A DNA stretch of 64,000 bases. It comes from Elsinoe ampelina (lineage: Eukaryota). Every line of letters begins with the position of its first letter. Position 1 is the first letter of the stretch. The notes beneath the pieces are model-generated. The model had not been told where the DNA came from. It was given only the letters and a program-made list of their open reading frames with translations, and did not search any database. Shown piece by piece: positions 52,794 through 64,000 of this stretch. The position numbers were made by a program, and so were the translations under genes. The stretch covers positions 336,084 through 400,083 of the forward strand of contig ML992514.1 in the NCBI GenBank assembly GCA_010093995.1. The letters run 5' to 3'.

Positions 52794-54704
52794 ATGGTCC
52801 AAGACTACAGATCCGGTTCCCTAAAAGAGCCGATAGATGTCGCCGAGTACGTCTCTGCTGAAACCCTTTACTTTGCACCATCTAAGAGGTGATACAGATA
52901 TCTATTCCGAAGATTGCACGAGGTAGGCATCAGGGGTGTCCACGGTGTACCCGGAGACTACAATCTCGTTGCACTGGACTATATTCCAAAAGCCGGTCTC
53001 AAGTGGGTGGGAAGTGTAAATGAGCTCAAGTAAATACATCCGCCTGGCCATCTTGTATCATACTGATGGTGTTAGTGCCGCGTACGCCGCCGATGGATAT
53101 GCACGTGTCAAGGGCATCGGCGCAATCATTACCACTTTCGGCGTTGGTGAACTATCAGCAGTAAACGGAATCGCTGGTAGCTATTCTGAATATGTGCCTG
53201 TTGTCCATATTGTCGGCACGCCCTCTACGGTATCACAGAAGAACGGCATGCTACTTCATCACACCCTCGGCAATGGCGACTTCAATGTATTCAAGAACAT
53301 GTCAAAAGAGGTGTCTTGCTACGTTGCGCCCCTCAACGACCCATCCACGATTGCAAGCGAAATCGACCAAGCCATTAGAGAGTGCTGGATCAACTCCCGA
53401 CCAGTGTATCTGACGCTTCCCACGGATATGGTGCAAAGGAAAATCGAAGGAGCCCGCCTGTCAACGCCCATCGACTTATCCTACCAGCCAAATGACACGG
53501 ATAAGGAAGACTACGTCGTCTCCGTGATCCTGAAATACCTCTCACAAGCCAAGTCGCCAGTCATCCTGATCGATGCTTGTGCCATCCGCCATCGAGCACT
53601 CGACGAGACCCGTGCCCTCGTGAAGCAATCTGGCATCCCGACCTTTGTCACGCCCATGGGCAAGGGCGCCGTTGATGAGACTCTCTCGAACTATGGCGGT
53701 GTGTACGCCGGAGATGGCTCCAACGCAGGCGTCAAAGACCGCGTTGAGTCATCCGACCTCATCCTCAGTATCGGCGCCATCAAGTCCGACTTCAACACCG
53801 CTGGCTTCACTATGCGTACCTCGCAGCTCAACACTATCGACTTCCATAGCAATTTCATGCGGGTGCGATACAGCGAGTACCCAGGCGTGCGCATGAATGG
53901 AGTGCTCACCAAGGTAGTGGAACGACTACCAAAATTGTCGATACAGCCTGGCCCTGAACCCTCGAATGATCTGCCGGAAGAGGACACAGACAGTGTCATC
54001 AGCCAGAAGTGGTTCTGGCCACGCATGGGACAGTGGCTCAGAGAAAAGGATATTGTCATCACCGAGACCGGAACCAGCAACTTTGGCATCTGGGAGACCA
54101 GATTTCCGAAGGGCGTCACAGCTATAAGCCAGGTCCTCTGGGGCAGCATTGGCTACGCCACGGGTGCTTGCGCCGGTGCAGCTCTAGCAGCAAAAGAGTT
54201 GGATCATCCTGGTCGAACCATCCTGTTCACCGGCGACGGAAGTTTCCAGCTCACTGCCCAAGAGCTGAGCACCATGATCAGGAGAGGATTAAAGCCGATT
54301 GTTTTTGTGATCGTGAACGACGGTTTTGAGATCGAGAGACAGGTATGTACCCATGATTTCTCCTCTCTCCACAACTGCTACTAACAACTCCAGATCCATG
54401 ATGATCCAAACCAAGACTACAACGACATCCAGCCCTGGAAGTACACCCAGCTCGTCGATACTTTCGGTGGCAAGAAGGGCGAGTACGACACTTTCCAGGT
54501 CAAGACAAAAGAGGAAGTCGAGAAGCTGTTCGCGAATGAGAAGTTCTCATCAGCTCCGTATCTGCAGGTGAGTTAGCATGACACTCTATTCTGCGCGAAA
54601 CTGACATACCATAGTTCGTCGAAATCCACATGAAGCGCGGCGATGCCCCTGCCGCGCTGCAACTGACCGCCAAAGCAAGCGCGGACAATAACGCGAAGGA
54701 GTAG
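52794..54704 (+). CDS. PDC1: Pyruvate decarboxylase (ThDP-dependent), 5 exons
   Basis: [51 protein letters not shown]. Introns 52847-52897, 53030-53075, 54343-54393 and 54568-54614 are all GT-AG and restore frame. Confidence 0.95.
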
Positions 54705-54798
54705 CTCGCTCTACCCTCTTCCCGTTTCCCCTCCGCTGTAGCCAGATCCATAGCGCCGTATCTCCATGCACCATTATGTAAATACACCGACACCACCA

Positions 54799-55383
54799 TC
54801 ATCCCCGTGCCTGTGCCCCAGCCCGCGCCCTCTCCACCTCCCCCAACACCCTCCCCGCCTCGTCTCCCAAAGCCGCCAAAACCTCCCTCTGCCCCCTCAC
54901 CCTCTCCTCCAACTCCGCAATCTCTCTCTCCTGCTCTTCAACTGTGCGGTCCATATCCTCTAACCCCGCCAGCTCCTGCATCAACTTCCTGATCCGACTC
55001 TTCAGAAACCCCGCCGCTAGGGCAGCGTCTTTGTAGCTCAGTCCTGCTTGCCCTCCCGCTCCCTGGCTTCCCTGACCCTGGCTGATACCTTCTGCGCCGA
55101 CACCGAGAGAGCCGGCGTTGTTCCCATCCGGAAGGCCAGAGCCGGGGAGGGAGGACCCGCCGGGGGGTTGGGTGGGGGAGGTCGAGGCTGATTGGGCGAG
55201 GGCTGGGGTGGTGGCGATAGCCGTGGGGTCGGGGGTGTAGGTGTTGAGGGTGGGGTCGAGGCGGGAGAGGAGAGCGTGGAGGGGAGGGAGGATGTCGAAG
55301 TGGGACGGGGAGGGGAGGGGTGGGTAGGAGGGGTCCAATGGGATGGTGGGTGGGGCGGGGGTTTGGGTGCGGGATTTGGCCAT
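54799..55383 (-). CDS. MED9: Mediator complex subunit 9 (Med9/Cse2)-like
   Basis: FDILPPLHALLSRL N-terminal motif and C-terminal LKSRIRK..DMDRTVEEQEREIAELEERV coiled coil typical of fungal Med9. Confidence 0.75.
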   Translation of the reverse strand: MAKSRTQTPAPPTIPLDPSYPPLPSPSHFDILPPLHALLSRLDPTLNTYTPDPTAIATTPALAQSASTSPTQPPGGSSLPGSGLPDGNNAGSLGVGAEGISQGQGSQGAGGQAGLSYKDAALAAGFLKSRIRKLMQELAGLEDMDRTVEEQEREIAELEERVRGQREVLAALGDEAGRVLGEVERARAGAQARG

Positions 55384-55788
55384 TGGGTGTTATTGATGTT
55401 TTTGTCGCAGTCAAGAGGTCCGATCGGGGGTGAATGAAGAGCGAGGAGGGTTTTACAAGGTGTGAATGGTGTGGGAAAAGGTGATGAAGCGTCTAAGGTG
55501 CAACAGGTGTGAGGGAGATCTTATCTAATCTGGTATAGATCGAGTTGAGCTTCATCTGAATTATCAACCTCTCGGGTGAATGCGGGACCGACGTGACGAC
55601 ACAATATTGCAGGGCAAAATCAGTTCAGCGGTTCTGAATTGGCTAGGTAGAATGGATGATCAATATTGATGATGACTATCAATGAAGATTGGAAATGAAC
55701 CAATTTGTGCTATGCAAAACCACAATGCAAGCGACCTTCGCTATGCCAAAACGCCTGCAACAGATCTGTGCCGATAATCTCCGACTTG

Positions 55789-58264
55789 CTATGCAGAAAT
55801 AGATGACCTCGCAGCAGTCCCAGCATTCAACACCATCTCCAGTACATCGACACCATCCGGGATAGCTTCCGGCTGAGGAAGAGCATTCTTCTTCTTCTGA
55901 CTTGCCGGCGTGAAGCTAAGTTTGGTCTGCTTCATCGTCTTGGAGCTCCTCTTCGTCTCGGTGCTGGCTCTGCTCTCACCGCTACCGAGCAGAGGCTTGC
56001 TGACATCGAAGCTAGTCTTGCTTTCTTCGACAGTCGTGGTTTCGATCCTTTCCTCAACAGTGATGTTGCTTGCGCCCTTGATGGCATCACCGATGCTGCT
56101 CAGCAGGCTCTTCCTTTTCTCCTTCTTCTGCTTGATCTCGCCGTCTTCGGCCTTCTCTTGCTTGGTCTTCGAGATCCTGCTCCTCACGCTGCTGGCGCGG
56201 TGGAGCATCTCTTTGGCTCGGACACTGGCTGTCCTACTCCCCCTTCCAACAACAATCTCATCCTTGACCTCATCTTTCTCCGCGACTCTCTGCAGGTTTT
56301 CCAGAGCTCTCTGATCAATGACACCGCCATTCTCGATGGCGTCTTCCTTCAACCGCAATGCCTCCATTTCAGTGTCAACATACGCCCAGCCCTTCTGCCG
56401 CCATCTGGCAGTCTTTCTCTTCTTCAATACTTGCTTCTCCACGACCTCCTTTGGCGCAGCGACTGCCTCTTCAGCCTTTCGCTTGATGTCCTTGAGCATA
56501 GTCATCTCCTTCTTTGCATCTCTTCTTTCAAGCTTGCCGCGGCATAGCGGAGCACCGCAACGACACTCCATGACATGCAGCGTGGAGAAATTGTCAAAGT
56601 TGTAGTCGTAGGTCAGCTCCTCGCCTGTCATGACGCCGTTTTTGCCAGCAAAAAGGGCCATTTTGGGTTCGCCGTGAATGACACGCTTTTGCATCATGCA
56701 ATTTGGAGCGCAGGAGTGGTTGACAAAGCGAGCGATGTTGCCCTTGGTGGCGTCAATGATCATGCCTTGGTCAAAGATCATGAGATAGTAGGCCTGAGAA
56801 GTGTTAGTAGGAATACATGTGCAGTGTGTGGGAGCAGCATACATCTTTGTCCTTGTATACCTCTTTCATGCGACGATCGCTCTCCTGTGCGGAGATGACC
56901 TCGCCGCAATACTCAATGATGATTTGACCAGGAGCGAAGGGGCGATTGGCGCGCAGACCATGTCCACAGTCCTTGGTCTTGATGATCTCGACTCCTATGT
57001 CGAATGGATTGCCCTTCTTGACTCGCTTGGCTAGATCTGCGAATGCACGGTTTGTGCACTGCTCAGCTGAGAGAGCGCAGTTGTTGTCGTCGCACTCGTA
57101 CAGCATGAGCCGGTTTAGACAATTCTCATCGCAGCCCTTCTCATCTGAGCCAGGAGCTGGAGGTTGACAAAGGCAGACGGAACGCTCGAGCTTCTCGATC
57201 CTCCAGACCTCCTTAGCCGATTGTGTAAAAACGTTGCGGTTGAGCTTCTTCCAGTCCTTGGGATTCTGCTTCTTCTTCAGCGGGGCGAAGATATCGTATG
57301 GCAACTTGAAATCTGCTTCACGGGTTCCTGCCGAGTACATGGGGTAGGGCATGAGCTCGCTACGTGATCCGACTGCTGCAGCTGCTGCTTTTGCGCGTTT
57401 CTTCGTGTCTGTGAGCGTACCCTTGAAGTCGGTGGGTTGACCGGCATAGAGACCTTGACTGAGCCACTTTTTGTTCTGCTTCTTCACAGAACCTCCACGG
57501 TTTATGGACGAGGTAATCTCTGCGATGGTCGACAGCAGACGCGCCTTCTTCGCTGGAGGGGCGCTCTCATCGGTCTCGATCTGCTTGACCATCTTGTCCG
57601 CTTGTTCCGCCTCGGTAGACGCGAAAGCCTTGCTCTGTCTCTTGTTGGCCATGCCAAGCGCTTCTTTTCCAGAGTCCAGAGCATCACGGCCTCGCTTGCC
57701 CAGCGCCGACGAGACCTTGCCTGCTGTCCTTGAGATCTTATCCAGTGTGGCACTACTCCTTCTCTTGCGCTTGTTACCGGTGCTTGACTCGGGTCTTGCG
57801 TTCTCCAGATCGCCCACCTCCCAACCAAGGTCCAGAGCCTTCTCTACTTCTCCCTCCAGCCGTCTCCTTCTCGTCCTCGGCGTGTCACCCTCCACCACAG
57901 GCTCGACGTCATTCACAAGCGTGTCGCCTGAGAAGGTACGCGTGTCTTTGACCTTTGCAACCTGCTTGCCGAATTGCAGATCCGAGATGGCTGCTAAATT
58001 GTAGCTGTCTACACTTGAACGCGCTCTTACACTTCGACGAGACGCGTTGGGCTCGACGCTGACACTCGCATCTCTACTAACTGCTGTCTCTTGCTTTACT
58101 GACGCGTCGTCACCAGCGCTTCCGTCCGCTACACTCGTGGGAGGAGTTGGAGATGGGGACGCGGCTATGGCAGAAGACGAGACTGAAGGGGCGACGAAGA
58201 TGTTGGACATGGTCGAGTCAGACGAGGCAGAGGCTGACCGAGTGAGACTGCTTCTGTTCGCCAT
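55789..58264 (-). CDS. ash1: Ash1-type histone H3K36 methyltransferase (AWS-SET-postSET), 2 exons
   Basis: KWLSQGLYAGQ; AWS CLC..GCDENCLNR..ECDDNNC; SET GHGLRA..IEYCGEV, ARFVNHSCAPN, GEELTYDYNF; postSET CRCGAPLCRG. Intron 56794-56842. Confidence 0.88.
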
Positions 58265-59110
58265 GGTGGAGGAGAAGAATGTTGTTGTGAGGAGTGAGGG
58301 ACGAGAAAGTCCGCAAGGGATCTGGAGCCAATTTACGCGTACACAGACAGACCGCGTTCTATGATGTTGCCATATGAACGTGGAATCTGGCGGGCAAATC
58401 GAAGAGTGTTGATGTCCCGAGTGAAGCAAAGACGGCGAGATGCTGGCACAGCACGAGTCTGCTCTCCTTGCAGACTGACGTTTGTGTGTTTATTGGAGTG
58501 CAAAGAGGGAGTGATAGATGTGAACGTCGGTACCGATGTGCATCAAGCTTTCGGAAACCCACTTCAACCAACAGCCCAATCACCGAACATCCATTTCTAC
58601 GCGTTCTGGACACGACCTTTCCTCTTCTCCTTCAAACGACAGTATTCGTCCTGCGCGGCTGTGAGTTTCACATTGATCTCGCACATCTCACAGCGACCAT
58701 CAAAGCACGCCAAGTCCGCAGGACGATTCCAAAATGGTTGCCACTGTGGCTGCCCATCTGATTCGCTCTCGAGAGTTGCCCCTCTTTTGCCTTGCATGGA
58801 GCCACTCACGAAGCGCCGTGGATGTTCGAGACTGCGGCTGAGTCCACGAGGTATGGTGCGGCTTGTCTTTCAGCTGAGGTTCGTCGTGCTATCTTTCCTG
58901 TTTCTGCATCTTTCCTGTATCTTTCAAAGATCAAGCCCATCGCCAGTTCTCTTGGTTTTCATCTGACTGAGGACTAATGCCATGCGTCTCCGTAGCGTCG
59001 GCCGCAGCATCTCTCGTGTGCGTACGGCGGATGTCCACTTCTGATCAGCACTGGGTTCACCTTGGCCGGACTTACGAGAAGAAGACCTCGCAGTCGCAAA
59101 AACAGAGAAG

Positions 59111-62100
59111 ATGAGCACGTCTAACTCTCACGACCAAGGCCATGGCGATACGATTCATGTGAGCGAGATCGCGGTCGGGATCATCTGTGCACTTGAATTT
59201 GAGCTCGGCGCCATGACCCTCATGCTCGATCACCGTTTCAAGTATCTCCAAGGCAAGCCAGACTCGGACAAGAACAGCTATACACCGGGAACGATAGGAC
59301 ACCTCAACGTAGTCATCGCAGGTCTTCCCACCGGACGGTATGGACAGAATCCCGCTGCAGCCGTAGCTACTCACATGGCTCGCACCTTCGTCCCGAATAT
59401 GAAAGTCGCCCTCATGGTCGGAATCGGTGGCGGTATTCCTTCTCCAGACCACGACATCCGTCTCGGAGACATTGTGGTAGGGGTTCCGACCGACACTTGC
59501 AGTGGCGTGATTCAAATCGATCTCGGTAAAAGACTGGCTGGTGGCAAATTCAAAAGGACGGGTTCTCTGGACAAGCCACCTGCTTCACTACTCACAGCCT
59601 TGACTACTCTGCGATCAGCTCATGGCATGTCTGACGTACGGTTCCCATCTTATGTTCGTAACGCGTTACAACGCTTGGATGGGGATGCATCTTGCTGGGA
59701 TAAGCCGGCTACGGATCGCCTTCTCGATACCGGATCTCAACATCCACAGGACAAAATCGATTGTGATACCTGTGTCAAGCATGAGGTCAAGAGGCTACCA
59801 CGTGATGACCACAACCCTCGTGTACACTATGGTATAATCGCCACAGGGAATCTCGTCGTCAAGGATGCCGCTGTTAGAGAGGAGCTTCGCGAACAGTATG
59901 ACGCCATATGCATCGAGATGGAAGCGGCTGGAATTTCGGAGTCAATACCTTGCATGGTCATACGTGGCATCTGTGACTATGCTGACTCTCATAAGAACAA
60001 AGAATGGCAACAATTTGCTGCCCTTGCAGCTGCTGCCTACTCGAAAGAGCTCCTGCAGCTTCTTCGTTCTACTGAGCTTGTACGGGACACGCGCAGAGGC
60101 AGTCATACCTCCGAAAGTGCCCGCGCACTCCGTGGAATTGAAGAGCAAAGTAGAACTGCTCTCATGCAAGCTTGGTTTCAGGAACAGGCACAACGCAGAG
60201 CCCAAGCTATAGCACGATTCAAGACGACGCCTTATGAAGAGTTTAAAGACGTCGTACACAACCGAGCTCCTGGAACGTGCGGATGGGTGCTTAAGCACCC
60301 GACTTTCTTGCAGTGGAAACAGTCTACCCAAAATACCTTGCTGTGGATATCAGCCGATCCTGGCTGCGGAAAATCGGTCTTGACAAGAGCACTTGTCGAT
60401 GAGCAACTGCTTAGCAATGATAGTGACACACTGGTCTGTCACTTCTTCTTCCGAGAGAGCGATGGCCAGAATCACGTCCACGAATCGCTGTGCGCGCTCC
60501 TACATCAGACTCTTCAAGGCCTTCCGGACGAAGCTGACGAGGTCCTGTCCACCTTGACGGCACACGGTGATGCTGCCACAAGAGAAACTACTAAGCTGTT
60601 GGAAGCGATTTTGCGTCTGGTGAATTCAAGTCGCCGCAACATCATCTTCGTAGTTGATGCCCTAGATGAGTGCCACTACGGAGATTGTGACAGGCTCGTC
60701 GAAGCGCTCTCAAGACTCGTAAGCGTATCGCATGGTAGTAAACGTAGCCGTGGTCAATGGTGCAAAGTACTGGCTACTGGCCGACCATATGACAACATCG
60801 AGACCTGCTTTGCTCAAAACGACAACCATCACAAGATTCGATTGAAGGGCGAAGAAGAAAACGAAGCCATTGAAAACGAGATCAACATGGTAATACGGGC
60901 ACGCATCCGAGCGATTGAGTTGGAGATGTGTCTGACAGACAATGAGCTCGACGTTGTACTCCAGTCCCTTCTAGCGATGCACCACCGGACGTATTTATGG
61001 CTTCAGCTTGTGATCACGGATATCGAGACGCAGCTTAGACTATCTCGGAGTATCGACAAGCTCGAGCTGATACCAAAGTCGGTTGACGAGGCGTATGCGA
61101 AACTTCTGTCACGCATTCCCGTGGAAGAGAGATCAAGGGTGGCGACAATCTTCTCGGTGATGCTCGCGGCGGAGCGGCCCTTCTCCGTGTGGGAGATGCA
61201 TGCTGCTATCGAGATCCTAGAAAACCGCATCGAACATGTCCGAGATTTGGATATCACACAAGGACGACTTGCTGCATTCCAGGCAAACATCAGACGCTGG
61301 TGCAAGCTGTTTGTTTTTGTGCAAGACGAAAAGCTACATTTCTTTCATCAGACTGTGCGTTCGTTCCTGCTGATCGAACAGGTGCTGCAGGCAAACGAAG
61401 GAAATGACGCGCCTTTCAGTAGCAAAAGTCCATCGCGCGAGAGGGACTCCGTGCATGTATCATCCCACCACCCTCAATGGCCGGATGCGATCTCAAAGTG
61501 CAAGCGGGATGCCACTGGAGCTCTAGTATGGCAACATGAAATCTCAAGCACAGGTACGCACGAGACCATGGCTAGTATGTGTGCGCTTGTGCTCACTTTA
61601 CCTGGCTTCGAGGAGCAATTAAAATGCGAGATGCCACAACTTCATTCAACGTTCCTCCGGAAAGGAGACGTGAGATTGCTTTGGTCCAAGGCTAAAAAAT
61701 CAGGATCATTCACTCTTGCAGAGTACGCAAGTCGTAGCTGGATGAGCCATCTTGCATCCTGTCAGGATGTATGTTCTGATCGCACCATCGACGTGATCAT
61801 GCGCATTTTTCGAGTGAAGGATCTTGTCTTATATCTATGGTGGAGGATTGGATGGTGGGTCACGTTTCCACCAAGCGATGACCTGGTCATGGAAGTAGCG
61901 TTCTCGCACGGCCTGCACCGACTGCTCGAATATCAGGCCCTTCACAAACAATTTCCGCAGCAATTCATTCGCCTCACGTTCGAGCAGTACGCTGGGAGGA
62001 TGATGCAAAGGTTTGCCAACGATCGGTGCTTCACTGGTCTCCTGTCGTTCTATCTTGATGCGGGCGGGGATGTTAATTTCATTGTCGACTTTGACCATCA

Positions 62101-64000
62101 AGAAACATTGCTGCACAGAGCCTCCGAACTCGGACACAAGAAAGAAGTTCGTCTACTGTTGGAACGTTCAGCGGACGCGTCCGTCCAAAATTTGAACGCT
62201 GAGACGGCGCTGCGGTGTCAGTATTATGAACCAAGAAATCAAGACAGGGACCCCCAAAAGCTAGATTGTGTGTCGATTCTCCATGATTTTGGAGCTGATG
62301 TCAATGCGACGGATCGATGGGGAACCACACTTCTGCATAAATTAGCATCGTATTCACGACGTGCAGCATCGCTCCTCCTTTCTTTAGGGGCCGACATGTT
62401 CATCCGCGGCAATGCCCCCAGATCAATTGGAAATGCATCAGCTTGGGAGGTAGCATGTGCAGGGCATTCGGAATGCGCATCCTTGTTCTTCCATTTCGCG
62501 GAGTCTCATGGACTATTCTATGATGCTCGTTTAAGCTGCCTAGAGAAGTATAGCAGTCTTGAGCAGGCTGCCAGATTTGGCAATGTAGAGTTGGTTGCCA
62601 TCCTGATCGCATACAGTCCTCGAGACCTGAACCACGTCAAGCGCGTCCATAGAGCCTTGCATCAAGCTCTGCTGCGTGGACACGCAGGCCTCACGGACAT
62701 CTTGCTTGAAGCGATTCTGTCCATGGAAATTCTGGACCAAACAGAGACCTTGACTATTATCCTACAAGCGATTCGCAGTAGATCTGTCAGCATTTGTCAA
62801 GCCGTTTTGCGGCAATTGAACGAAGAGATGTTGGACGACTCCTGCGGGTCGTCTTCAATGATGGTTTCTGCAGCAATGGGTGAATCGATAGCTTACAACG
62901 AGAATCTTAGGCGCAGGGAATTCGTTTGGGCTAAAGAGCCGGAAGACGAGACGATTACGCCGACGACGACAGCAGCGCCGATTCTGGGATTTCTGCTTGT
63001 GAACGGCTGTTCCCTAACGGCATACCTTGATCCCCATGAGAGTGCGCTGCACGTTGCTGCCAATCAAGGTGACCTCTCTGCGATCGAATTCCTTTTGGCC
63101 CACGATTGCAATGTCAACGCGGTCTGCGCTCGCCATGGCACGCCTCTTCACGCGGCAGCTGCCCAAGGACAGCTGGAAACCTGCGAGCTTCTATTGCAAC
63201 ATGGTGCTGACGCGAATGCGTCTGTGACGCCATGGGGTAGCGTTCTGGCCGCTGCTGCGACGGCAGGTGAAGCCGCTCTCGCCGTGATTCAAGTTCTTGT
63301 TCGATATGGGACAGTCACGACGAAACCTAGTCGGGGCCAGGAATGCGCTGTCTATCGCGCAGCAGAGGTAGGCGACTTGACGACAACGCGTTACCTTGTG
63401 GCCTTGGGTGCGGACTATCAAAAGCCCGTGGGCTATTTCGGCAGTCCTCTGCAGGCTGCTTGCGCTAGGGCCCATACTGACGTGGTTGCTTATCTTGTTG
63501 GCATTGGAGCAGATCCTTGTTTGACACAACCCAGAGGAAGTCCGCTAGAGCTTGCATTGAAGCGAGCCCATTTTGGCCCCCGACAAGCAGACACAGTGAT
63601 GCTCCTGCTCAACACGGTAGATTCCAACACGAGCTCCTGTAATGGTTCCCCATTGAACATCGCTACCCGCATAGACCGCCTTACGAGGTTATGCGCAATG
63701 TTGCTGAGTGCGGGTGCTGATCCGGATCACGTCGGACCTAATGGAACCCCACTCTATGTTGCTATCGCTCGCGGGCATCAAGAAATGGTCAAGCTCCTCC
63801 TGGAATATGGTGCAGACATCGGTGTTGGTGCCATGTCGGGTTCGAGTCAGCGCCCTGATCGTTCCGGGCGCTCTGGTAGTATTGCTAGTCCAGACCGTCT
63901 CCTGGACGCAAATACACTCTCGGGTGAGGCATCAGGATCAGCTACTCCATTACAGCTCGCATTAACTATATCATTCGATTTCACGCCGCGTGGTCATTTC
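59111..64000 (+). CDS. Fungal NLR-like protein: PNP_UDP phosphorylase - NACHT - ankyrin repeats (>=1630 aa, runs off window)
   Basis: ATG 59111. PNP_UDP motifs GIICALEFE, LMVGIGGGIP, DIRLGDIVV, IEMEAAG, IRGICDYADSHKNKEWQ; Walker A ADPGCGKS ~60353; Walker B IIFVVDALDEC ~60640; ankyrin motifs (GTPLHAAA, GSPLQAAC) 62050-63820. Same frame at the window end with no stop seen. Confidence 0.92.
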   Translation, partial: MSTSNSHDQGHGDTIHVSEIAVGIICALEFELGAMTLMLDHRFKYLQGKPDSDKNSYTPGTIGHLNVVIAGLPTGRYGQNPAAAVATHMARTFVPNMKVALMVGIGGGIPSPDHDIRLGDIVVGVPTDTCSGVIQIDLGKRLAGGKFKRTGSLDKPPASLLTALTTLRSAHGMSDVRFPSYVRNALQRLDGDASCWDKPATDRLLDTGSQHPQDKIDCDTCVKHEVKRLPRDDHNPRVHYGIIATGNLVVKDAAVREELREQYDAICIEMEAAGISESIPCMVIRGICDYADSHKNKEWQQFAALAAAAYSKELLQLLRSTELVRDTRRGSHTSESARALRGIEEQSRTALMQAWFQEQAQRRAQAIARFKTTPYEEFKDVVHNRAPGTCGWVLKHPTFLQWKQSTQNTLLWISADPGCGKSVLTRALVDEQLLSNDSDTLVCHFFFRESDGQNHVHESLCALLHQTLQGLPDEADEVLSTLTAHGDAATRETTKLLEAILRLVNSSRRNIIFVVDALDECHYGDCDRLVEALSRLVSVSHGSKRSRGQWCKVLATGRPYDNIETCFAQNDNHHKIRLKGEEENEAIENEINMVIRARIRAIELEMCLTDNELDVVLQSLLAMHHRTYLWLQLVITDIETQLRLSRSIDKLELIPKSVDEAYAKLLSRIPVEERSRVATIFSVMLAAERPFSVWEMHAAIEILENRIEHVRDLDITQGRLAAFQANIRRWCKLFVFVQDEKLHFFHQTVRSFLLIEQVLQANEGNDAPFSSKSPSRERDSVHVSSHHPQWPDAISKCKRDATGALVWQHEISSTGTHETMASMCALVLTLPGFEEQLKCEMPQLHSTFLRKGDVRLLWSKAKKSGSFTLAEYASRSWMSHLASCQDVCSDRTIDVIMRIFRVKDLVLYLWWRIGWWVTFPPSDDLVMEVAFSHGLHRLLEYQALHKQFPQQFIRLTFEQYAGRMMQRFANDRCFTGLLSFYLDAGGDVNFIVDFDHQETLLHRASELGHKKEVRLLLERSADASVQNLNAETALRCQYYEPRNQDRDPQKLDCVSILHDFGADVNATDRWGTTLLHKLASYSRRAASLLLSLGADMFIRGNAPRSIGNASAWEVACAGHSECASLFFHFAESHGLFYDARLSCLEKYSSLEQAARFGNVELVAILIAYSPRDLNHVKRVHRALHQALLRGHAGLTDILLEAILSMEILDQTETLTIILQAIRSRSVSICQAVLRQLNEEMLDDSCGSSSMMVSAAMGESIAYNENLRRREFVWAKEPEDETITPTTTAAPILGFLLVNGCSLTAYLDPHESALHVAANQGDLSAIEFLLAHDCNVNAVCARHGTPLHAAAAQGQLETCELLLQHGADANASVTPWGSVLAAAATAGEAALAVIQVLVRYGTVTTKPSRGQECAVYRAAEVGDLTTTRYLVALGADYQKPVGYFGSPLQAACARAHTDVVAYLVGIGADPCLTQPRGSPLELALKRAHFGPRQADTVMLLLNTVDSNTSSCNGSPLNIATRIDRLTRLCAMLLSAGADPDHVGPNGTPLYVAIARGHQEMVKLLLEYGADIGVGAMSGSSQRPDRSGRSGSIASPDRLLDANTLSGEASGSATPLQLALTISFDFTPRGHF

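Overview
This is eukaryotic DNA from a filamentous ascomycete: it has spliceosomal GT-AG introns with CTRAC branch points and strong RIP signatures. Two AT/TpA-rich transposon blocks (1-17207 and 27977-52329) alternate with two intact gene islands. Block 1 is a ~13.2-kb minus-strand chromodomain Ty3/Gypsy element inserted into a Ty1/Copia element. The Gypsy carries an unexplained ~1350-codon relic ORF between pol and its 3' LTR, and the Copia holds a 141-bp solo LTR. Island 1 encodes a pseudokinase, a small kinase and the cell-wall-integrity MAPKKK BCK1. Block 2 is a PIF/Harbinger DNA transposon (perfect 37-bp TIRs, ATT TSD) inflated from ~3.3 to 24.4 kb by a nested Gypsy, which itself contains a Copia, an inverted Gypsy and a run of RIP-killed intron-containing genes, one of them Zn2Cys6-like. 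Island 2 encodes pyruvate decarboxylase, Mediator Med9, an Ash1-type SET methyltransferase and a PNP_UDP-NACHT-ankyrin NLR that runs off the window and is absent from the ORF track. Most notable are the large env-position ORF, the antisense intron-bearing accessory genes and a hairpin motif shared by three unrelated retrotransposons. TE protein motifs were read by hand and mentally de-RIPped, so internal TE gene boundaries are approximate.
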